Origin: Eledone cirrhosa | Taxonomy: Eukaryota | DNA: 64,000 nucleotides | Reading direction: 5' to 3' | Assembly: GCA_964016885.1 (NCBI GenBank) | Contig: OZ024744.1 | Span: 86,366,001 to 86,430,000, forward strand | Part shown: positions 13,895 through 24,638 of the stretch, one piece after another | How positions within the stretch are numbered: the first letter of the stretch is position 1 | How the letters are laid out: every line of letters begins with the position of its first letter | Program-made: the position numbers and the translations under genes | The notes under the pieces: model-generated | Database searches by the model: none | Seen by the model: the letters and a program-made list of their open reading frames with translations, nothing else | Told to the model about the DNA's origin: nothing

Positions 13895-14451
13895 TTATGT
13901 ATGTATGTAATTATGTATGTGTGGATCTATGTTAACAGGTATGTATGAATGTATGTATGCATGTATGTATGTATGAATGCATGTATGTATGTATGTATGT
14001 ATGTTAATATGTATGTATGTGTGTATGTATGTATGTATCTATGTGTGTGTACAGTATGTATGTATAGATGTATGTATGTATGTAAATATGTATGTATGTA
14101 TATATGTATGTAACTATAAAAGTATATATTTGCCAAATTGTGTGTGTGTGTGTGTGTGTGTGTGGAACAATATACTTTATTGGTAAATAGTGGTAAATCG
14201 ATGTTGGCAGTAGGAGGATAATTACCACCCCTCCCCATTTCAAACAAATAAAGCCATACTTTTTACAATTAGTCATAAAATTTACACACACGCGCGTGTG
14301 TATGATTTTAAATATATATATATATATATATGAGAGAGATACGTACTTGTATATGTATATACACACACATATATATACATATACATGTACATATCTCTCT
14401 CCCCTCCCCCCTCTCTCTCTCTTTCTCTCTCATATATGTATGTATATGTAT

Positions 14452-14482
<31 letters not shown>

Positions 14483-14543
14483 TACATATGTCTATATATA
14501 TATACATTTATAAATAAAAGTACATATAATCCCCCCCACACAC

Positions 14544-14574
<31 letters not shown>

Positions 14575-15197
14575 AATATACATATATAAATGCATACATA
14601 CACACACACACACTTACACACACAGACACACACACATACACATATACATATAAATATACATATAAATATACATATAAATATGCACACACTGTGGATGGAT
14701 GGATTTTTTTTTTTTTTTTTGGCAACGTGGATGTTTGTATTAACATTAACTAATGTGTTGATATACGAGCTTACGTGTATGTGTGTTTTTATGTGTTTAG
14801 GTCCAAACACATCTGAATGGTCATTCAGCACATATTGTATCGACTATATAGTGACATTTGGTGTCATGTGTAACATGATACGAATATAGTGTATTTTACA
14901 CAACAGGTGTTATCAAAAATTATCAGAGCATTGAATTCCTCTGTGAGTTGTGGTCGTTAATATACGCACTTCGTGTGCAAATTATTTTGCGTAGATCTAT
15001 CAAATACACACACATACATAGATACATACATACATACATACATACATACATACATACATACATACATACATACATACATACATACATACATACATACATA
15101 CATACATACATACATACATACTTATATACATATATACATATATACATACATATATACATACGTATATACATATACATAAATACATAAATAATTACAT

Positions 15198-15402
15198 ATA
15201 TTTCGTTTCTGAATTTGTTTAGCAAGATTCTATATCTGAAATCGTGTGTTGAAACCGATATTGTTATACTTTGGGAGGGTCATGTTGCCAATAAGAAACA
15301 CACGCATATATTTATAAATTTAGAAATATATAATAAATTGAAGTGAAAGCAACTGGTGCGTGTGTTTCTTATTGGCAACATGACCCTCCCAAAGTATAAC
15401 AA
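15198..15402. repeat. Interspersed repeat present as an inverted pair (family also at 39348-39845; distant copy ~10218-10290)
   Basis: TATTGTTATACTTTGGGAGGGTCATGTTGCCAATAAGAAACACACGCA occurs on both strands at both main loci. Confidence 0.8.
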
Positions 15403-15501
15403 TAATTACATATAGATATATATATACATATAGATACATACATATATACATAAATGCATACATATATACATATCGATACATACATACACATATACATACA
15501 T

Positions 15502-15560
<59 letters not shown>

Positions 15561-15671
15561 CATACATACATATGTACAAACATATATACATACATACATA
15601 TATACATATATATACATACATAGATAGATACATACATACATAGATACATACATACACATATACATACATAT

Positions 15672-16222
15672 GGTGGCTGCCAACTCGTTTTCGAGTACGG
15701 CCACTACTTTATATCCATGTAGGAGAACTCCTACCGATGCGCTGAACGAGTGTGACTTTTTAGTCCAGCCAGCGACTTGAAAACTCTGGTACAAACACTA
15801 CACCTGTGACAATTATTGACACATAGTGCTGGGCCCATGGTACCATGTGACGACAAGTGCAGAGAGATCTCCAGATATAAAGCAATGCCTGTGCTGTGAA
15901 GCTTTTATAGTGAGCAAAGGCACTGCACAAAGCCAGTCCCACTCTCTTAACCAAGATGATATTTACCAAAAAGAAGAACAAGTCAACATCATTGGATACC
16001 ATCAGGGTTGCAGGTGTTATATCAGAGTTTTCCTTCTCCTAGAATTCTGCCTTGACAAAGGCTAAGGGGTCATCTCTCCCGGTGATTTTGGATGGTGATT
16101 GACTCTTAAGAGCTCTTTTGCCCTTTGACAGGTTTTGTTTTTAGTCCTTCAGGATGTCCAAGGTCACCCTCCTCACCAAGAAACCTTGGTGAGGTTGCCA
16201 GTTTAGTCGCCAACGACCCGAC
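15672..16222 (-). mobile_element. RTE-clade 5'-leader-derived fragment or non-autonomous element
   Basis: The minus strand carries TCTAGGAGAAGGAAAACTCTGA, a motif recalled from RTE-family 5' UTRs; (CATA)-type tracts flank it; no intact ORF. Confidence 0.45.
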
Positions 16223-16657
16223 CATATATACATATACATACATACATATATACATACATACATATATGTGAAATTATAAAACCAGAAGAACATATACATA
16301 CATATACATATATACATACATATATACATACATACATATATACATACATACATATATATGCATACATATTTATATATATATATTATAAAGAGTCACGAAC
16401 CCTAGGGATGAGGTCTTGCTGTTTTAACAGCTGGAACTAGCCGTTGAAGCGGCAAGAGCTCAGCCTTCGGGTTCTTGCCACCTTAAATATATAACCATAC
16501 TCAACTAATCCAAGTATCGCGACTCTCTTGAGTAATGCATCCATCCTGATATACTATATATACACATATATATATATATATATATATTCAAACTACATCC
16601 ATTATATATTATGGAATACTGTTGGATTTTCGCTGCAATGTTTTCTATACCTTTCAT

Positions 16658-16783
<126 letters not shown>

Positions 16784-17254
16784 AGATCAAAAGATGGTTA
16801 AAGGAGTTCCATGTATTTTATTATGCGCATTTCAAAAACAAACATCATCATGCAATAATATTTGTGTTTTCATCAGATAAAACAGGAGGACATGATATGA
16901 AGGCTAAAAAACACTTGTGGATCGTGCAGTTTTAAATCAACATATGAAAAGTAGTTTTAGATTGATGTGTGATATTGGGAAAAGTATTTTATTTAGAGAG
17001 GGGTGGGTGGGGGGTGGAAAGGATGAAAAAAAGGGGAGGAGATGAGAGTGAAGGTGGAGAGGGAGAGATGGGTGATAGAGAGAAAGAGATAGTTTTTATA
17101 ACTGAGAGAAGATATATTGTTTTACATAGAGAGGTTGAAAACCGTTGGAAGATACTGTATAAATTAAAAGAATTTGAAAATTAACGAAGGGAAAAATATG
17201 ATATCCGATATCTGCATTGCTTTATTGTACTACAATAAAACTCACCTCCTACAT

Positions 17255-17286
<32 letters not shown>

Positions 17287-17287
17287 A

Positions 17288-17391
17288 ACGGAAAAAATGA
17301 AACGAAATTTCATTTCTAACTCTTAGTACGGCTGTTACTTAAATATAAGTATGTATACGTACTTACATATATGTATACAGACGTACAGTAG

Positions 17392-17466
<75 letters not shown>

Positions 17467-18255
17467 GCACACATATATATATGTACGTATGGACGTATAC
17501 CTTCCTGCCAGATGATTGAACGTCTGAAAGTATATACTTTCCTTATGCACATTAACGAGCATTATAATAAATGTTCGGTGAATCCATACGTACATATATA
17601 TATATGTGTGCATGTATGTATATATATATATATATATACATACTACTATACGTCTGTATACATATATGTATGTACGTGTACATACTTATATTTAAGTAAC
17701 AGCCGTACTAAGAGTGGGAAATGAAATTTCATTTTTTTCTGTTTATCGTTTTCGGTGCGCCCGACTGATTAACTCACTCGATATGCAAATTAGGCTGCTC
17801 AGCCGTTAATATGCATAAGGAAAGTATATACTTTCAGACGTTCAATCCTCTCGCAGGAAGGTATACGTTGCTGACGCTAGCTAATAAGCTTGAAACTAGT
17901 ACAGCGTTCCTTTGTCAGTGTTGAACAAAAGAGCAACGAAGGTTGCTAGACACTGTACGGCTTCATTCGGGATGTTTGTTTACAAACACACCGAGCATTA
18001 TAATAAATGTTCGGTGAATCCATACGTGCATATATATATGTGTACATGTATGTGTCTATATATACATACTACTGTACGTCTGTATACATATATGTATGTA
18101 CGTATGAATACTTATATTTAAGTACAAACACACCGAGCATTATAATAAATGCTCGGTGAATCCATACGTACATATAGATATATGTGTAAATGTATGTATA
18201 TATATATATATACATACTACTGTACGTCTGTATACATATATGTATGTACGTGTGT
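17288..18255 (+). mobile_element. Hammerhead-bearing ~435-nt repeat (family B): about 1.3 tandem units, a partial sub-duplication and inverted fragments
   Basis: CGAGCATTATAATAAATG recurs at 17556, 17992 (436-nt period) and 18134; inverted pieces lie at 17288-17400 and 17497-17556. Confidence 0.75.
17868..17904 (+). ncRNA. Minimal hammerhead motif, family B, A9>C (probably inactive)
   Basis: ttg-CTGACGC-tagctaataagctt-GAAA-ctag-TA-cag. Confidence 0.5.
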
Positions 18256-18284
18256 ATACTTATATATATATATATATATATATT

Positions 18285-18337
<53 letters not shown>

Positions 18338-18338
<1 letters not shown>

Positions 18339-18793
18339 GGAGTAAGTAAGACCCCGACGGCTGAGCTCAAGCCGTTTCGACGGCTAATTCTGTACTGAAT
18401 GAAAAATCAGTTCAGGTATTTAAATAGCCGAACTTGTCAAGGGGCAATTCCATATATGGTCAAAGAGATAATCACCAGGATTGGTCATCCCACAAGGTAG
18501 TAGTAATTCTGCGATGGCAAGTTGGTGGGGGAGGTAGCCAAACCTGCCAGTAGGAGAAAAGGGGAGAGGGGGCGGAGTAGACCCATTCATGCGTTGGTGG
18601 TGCCAGCTACAGCTGGGTGTGAGGTCAAAGAGGAGGCAGGGGAGGGGTAGGGGGAGGAGGTCAATACGGTAAGTAGAACGATGAAAATGTAAAACTGTAA
18701 AAGGTATTGACTCCTATTACCCACTCTACTACCCTAAGTATTGAGTACTTTAGTGCGTTATGGTCCACCTGGTTCCTTACCACTTTTCCCTCG
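18338..18793 (-). mobile_element. Hammerhead-bearing interspersed repeat (hammerhead family A) embedded in (TA)n
   Basis: 18338-18705 is near-identical to 43645-44012, with a related copy at 40591-40860. The segment 18720-18793 recurs inverted at 32035-32110 and 60063-60120. Confidence 0.75.
18352..18444 (-). ncRNA. Type I hammerhead ribozyme, U3-A8 core variant, GUC cleavage site
   Basis: Minus strand: CCCC-UUGACAA-GUUCGGCUA-(loop)-UAGCCGUC-GAAA-CGGCU-UGAGCUC-AGCCG-UC-GGGG; stems I, II and III all pair. Confidence 0.7.
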
Positions 18794-18847
<54 letters not shown>

Positions 18848-18890
18848 ATATATATGAATATATATATATATATATATAAGTATACACACG

Positions 18891-18969
<79 letters not shown>

Positions 18970-18975
<6 letters not shown>

Positions 18976-19437
18976 AATGAAATTTCGTTTCATTCCTTTC
19001 CATTTATCGTTTTCGGTACGCCCGGCCAACTAACTCACTCGATATGCAAATTAGGCTGCTCAGCCGTTAATATGCTTAAGGAAAGTATATATTTTCAGTC
19101 GTTCAATCATCTGGCAGGAAAGTATACTATGCTGACGATAGCTAATAAGCTTGAAACTAGTACATTGATCCTGTGTAAGTGTTGAACAAAAAGGCGACGA
19201 TGGTTGCCTGTACACTGTACGGCGTAATCCGGGCTGTTTGTTTGGTTACAAACAAACCGAACATTATAATAAATGTTCGTTAAACCCATACGTACATATA
19301 TATGTGTGTGCATGTATGTATATATATACATACTACAGTACTTCTGTATACATATATGTATGTACGTATACATTCTTACATTTAAGTACCAGCCGTACTA
19401 AGAGTGATAAATGAAATTTCGTTTCATTCTTTTCCAT
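18970..19437 (+). mobile_element. Family B monomer with a ~30-nt terminal direct repeat (circular permutation)
   Basis: AAATGAAATTTCGTTT at 18975 and 19409 (434-nt period); (TA)n on both sides. Confidence 0.75.
19129..19165 (+). ncRNA. Minimal type I hammerhead ribozyme (family B)
   Basis: AUG-CUGACGA-U-AGCU-AAUA-AGCU-U-GAAA-CUAG-UA-CAU: stem I AUG/CAU, stem II AGCU/AGCU, palindromic stem III ACUAGU, GUA site. Confidence 0.7.
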
Positions 19438-19440
19438 ATG

Positions 19441-19572
<132 letters not shown>

Positions 19573-19698
19573 TATATATATATATGTATATATATAGTTA
19601 TATAATATAGTTAAATCTTAGACAGGAACAAAAACAGAGAGGCAGTACAAAGATGAGTTTATTAGGTTCACGCTTTTGAGAGTTGGGGTGGGGGTGGA

Positions 19699-19731
19699 AC
19701 GACGTTTCGGGCACAAGCCCTTCATCAGGAG
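19699..19731 (-). ncRNA. PLE-type minimal hammerhead motif in a pseudo-LTR-like fragment (~19615-19780)
   Basis: Minus strand CUGAUGA-A-GGGC-UUGU-GCCC-GAAA-CG-UC, with a weak stem I. The downstream AAGCGTGAACCTAATA resembles family C. Confidence 0.55.
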
Positions 19732-19987
19732 AAAAGTGGGTAGGAAGAGAGTTCCGAGGGTGTGTGGGGGAGTGGTGAACAGATATTTAGAGAAAAGGAA
19801 TGGCGGGGGGGGGGGATTTTAGAAGTGCAAATGAAAATAAAAATAAACATAAAAATAAACATAAAAATAAACAAGTGGTGGAAGGGTGTAAGGCATGTAG
19901 GGGTGGTGGCGGGTGGAGTTGGGAGAGGGAGGCGGGGGGTCCGAGCGGGAACGGCTGAAGGTGGTGTTTGTGTATGTGTGTAGGTGT

Positions 19988-20030
<43 letters not shown>

Positions 20031-20082
20031 AATGTGAGAGTTGGGGGAAGAACAAGGTTCCATGTTCAGGATATATATATAT

Positions 20083-20808
20083 AACAACCTAAGCTGGGCC
20101 ACTCATATAAACAGCAAAGTTGATATGGCCCGCAGAAAGTGTTCCTGTATTCTCAGAACCTTCCAGTCGAGAGATATCCACACAGTTATCCTTCTCTTCA
20201 CCACTTTTGACCGATCATACCTTGAATACTGTTGTCCACTGTGGTCACCCCACACGAAACAAAGTATCATGAAAGATGAAGCACCTCAAAGGTCAATTAC
20301 AAAAAAGATAGATGGCATGAAAGGCCTTGACTATTGGAGTCGATTAGAAATGCTCAAACTTTATTCTCTCCAACGTCGCCGTGAGCGCTACATTATCTGC
20401 ATGGTGAGGAAAATAGTCCATCAGCATTGCCCAAATGATGTTGGCATCACCTTTGAGGTACACCCAAGGCTTGGATCCCGTGCTATCCGCCCACGACAAA
20501 AATCTCACTCACATCTCAACAACAATACGGTACAATTATTTCACCTCAATTGGCCAGCCTTTCTTTAACATTACACCAAAACACATTAAAACGGAAACAC
20601 CCCATAACATTCCAGAAGTCTTTGGACAAATTCCTTCAAGAAATTCCAGATAAACCTCCTACACCCGGATATGTCACCGTAAACAATAACTCTCTGCTCA
20701 AGTGGGCCATGGTGTCTAAATCCTGATTTGAAAGACTTCGCCAGGTGGTGCTATTAAGTTAGACATGGCCTGGGCCAATACTGGCCGAAACCTATCAAAG
20801 TTAAGTTA
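20083..20808 (+). mobile_element. 3' fragment of a CR1-clade LINE
   Basis: LSWATHI...YLEYCCPLWSPH...QRSITKKI..MKGLDYWSRLEMLKLYSLQRRRERY, a typical CR1-group post-RT region; frameshifted. Confidence 0.8.
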
Positions 20809-20811
20809 TAT

Positions 20812-20912
<101 letters not shown>

Positions 20913-21582
20913 TAGATAGATAGGAAAATGTTCAGGACCCCGACGACAGAGCCCAAGCCGTTTCGACGGCTACTTCTGTATGTATGTATCTGGACTCCAG
21001 AAATAGCCGTCGAAACGGCTTGAGCTCTGCCGTCGGTCACAACGATGCCTGCACCAGTTGATTCCGACAACGGAACAGCCTATCTATGAAATTAACGTGT
21101 ACACGGGTGAACTTTCGACAGGAACGTGTGCCACAAAATATGGCAAGACTAATCCTTCAAATGTTTGCGAGCTGAATCGAATGAAAGAACGCTGTGTCTT
21201 GAATCGAACTAACAAACTTACCATCGTGAACCTAACCAGTGAACTATGCACCTACATATATACAATCCATTAATGAAACAGTAAAAATATGTAAAACATT
21301 CTAAAAATTCTGCATCTAATAACTGCATATACACATGTACACATACAAAGCATATGCACATGCACACATACAACTCAAAACATACACATCCACACATACA
21401 ATAACATCCATACCTGTACGTATATGCATGCATGCAGACATGCATATATATCTCCCCAGTTGATGTGGTGTAAATTCCAATGAGAGAGTCTTGTAACTAT
21501 GTTAGAATCCGGCGCTCTCTCTATTGGTAAGTAAAAAAAAAATTGTGAAAGTATAACTCCAGAAGATCATACATACATACAT

Positions 21583-22096
21583 GATGGCCGCAAACTCTTG
21601 TTTGAGCGTTGCCATCGGCTGATAAAAGGCACAAAAATATGAGGCACAAATTTGGCTCTTTAAACCAGCCAAAAACTTGCACCCTCTGGCACACTGTAGG
21701 CTCCTTTGGGACTTTTCACTGCTTGGTTCTGAGTGTGTGTTCTCATATGTCTTTTAAGCCCTCCCATGCCAGCACTTTCCTCCCCATTCCTTACTCCTTT
21801 TCAGATCATAATCTATAGGAGGTCTGCTAATATGACTTTGTTCGTGTCTAGTCAAACCAGCTTTATTCAGGCAGACTCGACCACAGTGCTGGCAAACTAG
21901 ATGTTGCTCAACAGCAGGCAGTTCAGAACAGACCCTTGTCCTCACCTTCCTTTTCAGTGTTAGGTGTTCTTTTCGATGAGTTTCAAAGTGTTCTCTACCT
22001 GACTTGATCAAACGCTCTTCAGCCATTTTCTCCCATTTGTAAGATGAAATTCTAGCGCAAGCCAACGTGCCCCTGACACAGGCCCAGTACCACTTA
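21583..22096 (-). mobile_element. 3' fragment of an RTE-like LINE with C-terminal C2H2-like fingers
   Basis: WEKMAEER...CQHCGRVCLNKAGLTRHEQSH, then GLKRHMRTH and CARGCKFLAGLKS in other frames; (CATA)n on both sides. Confidence 0.6.
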
Positions 22097-22196
22097 AATA
22101 CATACATACATACATACATAATACATACATGCAAACAGACATACAGACAGACAATGAATACTTTTTCTTATTAATATTTGTATATTCTCAAGCTAT

Positions 22197-22380
22197 TGGA
22201 TTAGCAGTATGGTAGAGCGTCAGACACCATGCTTTGCAGCATAGAGTTATGGCTTTTTACGTTCTGAGTTCAAATCCTGCCGAGGTTAATTTCTCCTTTC
22301 ATCCTTACGGGGTCGATAAAATAAAGTACCAGTAATGCACTGGGATAATTGCTGTCCTTGTACCAAAATTAGAAACAATA
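22197..22380 (+). mobile_element. SINE family A
   Basis: Matches the family A consensus. Confidence 0.8.
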
Positions 22381-22523
22381 TTTGTATATTCTCTATCTCT
22401 TCCACACACTGTGCATACTTTCTCATCTTGGTTAATATGCTGTGTTTTATTTCTAACTCTTCTTTCAACGTGCAGCACATTGGTTTGCAACAGAGTGTTA
22501 TTTAATTGCAAATAGACGAAAGT

Positions 22524-22757
22524 GAAGGCGCATGGCTTAATGGTTAGAGCATTGGGCTTGCAATCGAAAGGTTGTGAGTTCAATTCGCGGACCGGGTGAT
22601 GTGTTGTTTCCTTCACGTTGCTCCAGTTTACTCAGCTGTAGAAATTAGATAATAGGACTGGGGTCCCTATCATTAAATTACCTAAGACACCTCCAACGAG
22701 ATATAGCTTGGAGGAGGCCAGCTAAACCTGCATAGGTGTGAGCTGTAACAACAACAA
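22524..22757 (+). mobile_element. tRNA-derived SINE, family B (heads also at ~2143 and 24403-24510; decayed copy ~44500-44770; inverted 3' piece ~21030-21110)
   Basis: GAAGGCGCATGGCTTAATGGTTAG (A box), GAGTTCAATTC (B box), TTCACGTTGCTCCAG core and (AAC)n tail. Confidence 0.7.
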
Positions 22758-24308
22758 GTCGAAAGTCCAATCCTCTAGTCTTGTCTCTATTTGTTACTGC
22801 TCCATATGAACTGGAGCTAGTGGCATCGACTTTAAAACAAACTGTCTAGTGCATAAGATCATTGATTCCAAACTCATGAAAAATATATTCGTAATAAAAT
22901 TCAATCACGTACTAAATTTCTATATTAGAACTAAGACATTCTCCATAATCCCTACCGCTTATATATATTTTTTTTCGAACGGGAAACTAAAGAATTTGCA
23001 AGGACCAAAACATTTTGTAATCTACCTACGTTTCATTATGAAAAAAAAAAAAAAAGACATCTAAACTATAATAAAGAAAGGAGTGCAGGATTGCGTCCAG
23101 AATATATATTTTTTTTATCCCGTTTGTAAAATAAGTTGGATTACTTTGAATAAATAAGGAATGAATATTACATAATTTATCTTCTAAATTTCGTAATTCT
23201 TGATTAAATATAAATAATTTTGTTGCTTATTTTATGATTCAATTCTTTTAAAATTTCAAATGTCAACACTTCCGGTTAGCGATCGCTTAAATAAACATTC
23301 ATATATTTTCATCACTAATTTTCTCCTAATGCAGTTTATATATAACATCGTCTTTTTTTAATGTATCATCGATTACTTTACTGATTACATAAGACAGTGT
23401 AACAGAGATTCTCTTCAATTTTTGTGGATATTGTCAATTATGATTTTATTTGATGTATCATATCTACATGTATATATACTTGCGTACAATATCAATATGC
23501 ACACTACACATGCTAGCAGAAAACCACCCGAAGGGTGGGTTTTTCTATTTATCAATAATTGGAATTAATAAATAAGTTTCCGTCAAGCTTATAAGAATTA
23601 AGTATATATCATCAATCATTTATTATTCCTGATGAGCTTGGCTAAATCTTGTGTCTTGGCTTGACAAAGTTAACCTTCTATCAAGCATTCTTATATTACA
23701 CTTTATCCCTGAAAATAACCCATAAAGTTTTTCGTTTATTTTCTCACCTTTACAAAACCCGGGGCGCTACTCTCCATCCTCTGCTTAATCTATGAAAATA
23801 ATCAATCTCTTAGTGTTTTCATAGATTACCCAAATGAGTAGTTTTAATTTTATGTCGGTATGGTGTAATTTAAGTTGTGATTACTTAAAAGACCACTTAA
23901 AAGAGCTTCAGTCACTTCATTTCAAAATGTTGTTGGTGGTGATAAACGTTTGTGGCAGCTTAGCTGTGGTATGTTTTGCAGTGAGAGAAGGGCGGTTCTT
24001 ATGACCATATATTTTATTCAGGGCTCCCGAGACTACTGGGAGGAAGGACGTATTTACTCTAAATAAAAAAACTTGATCCTAATACTTTCAACAAAACGAA
24101 CACCACTAAAGACATCTATAAAACCAGGTGTTATTGTTGGACAAGTCGATATACTATATGTCTATCAACCAAAAACTCAACTGACACACATAATCACACA
24201 CGCACATACAGAAAGTGATGTTTTTGTTGTTGTTTGTGTTGCTGTTATGTTTCTTGCTGCTGCTATTGTTGTTGTTGTTGTTGTTGCTGTTATGTTTCTT
24301 TCTGATGC

Positions 24309-24345
<37 letters not shown>

Positions 24346-24638
24346 ATTATTGTTGTTAGTTATTTTGCGATAATTATTACGAATTTCGATAATTATTACC
24401 AGTGAAGGCACGTAGATAGTGGTGAGAGTGTTGGATTCGAAATCGTGTGGTTGCGAATTCAATTCTTGGATCGGGTGATTGAGCAAGACACTTTTTTTCA
24501 CGTTGCTCCCCCTGCCGGGAGTTGCGACCGGTAGATAGTATTAGCAAAGGAAAGATTTGACAAGGTCCACCCCACTTGTCGATCGATCAGAGCGATTATC
24601 AATTGATATTGTTGTTGGTAATACTATTGTTGTTAGTA

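Noticed and set aside
15230-15265. CTGAAAT...GAAAC as a hammerhead
   Set aside because: G8/A9 are missing, and there is no stem II or UH site.
22524-22600. tRNA-like sequence
   Set aside because: It has A/B boxes but no cloverleaf acceptor stem and continues into a SINE body.
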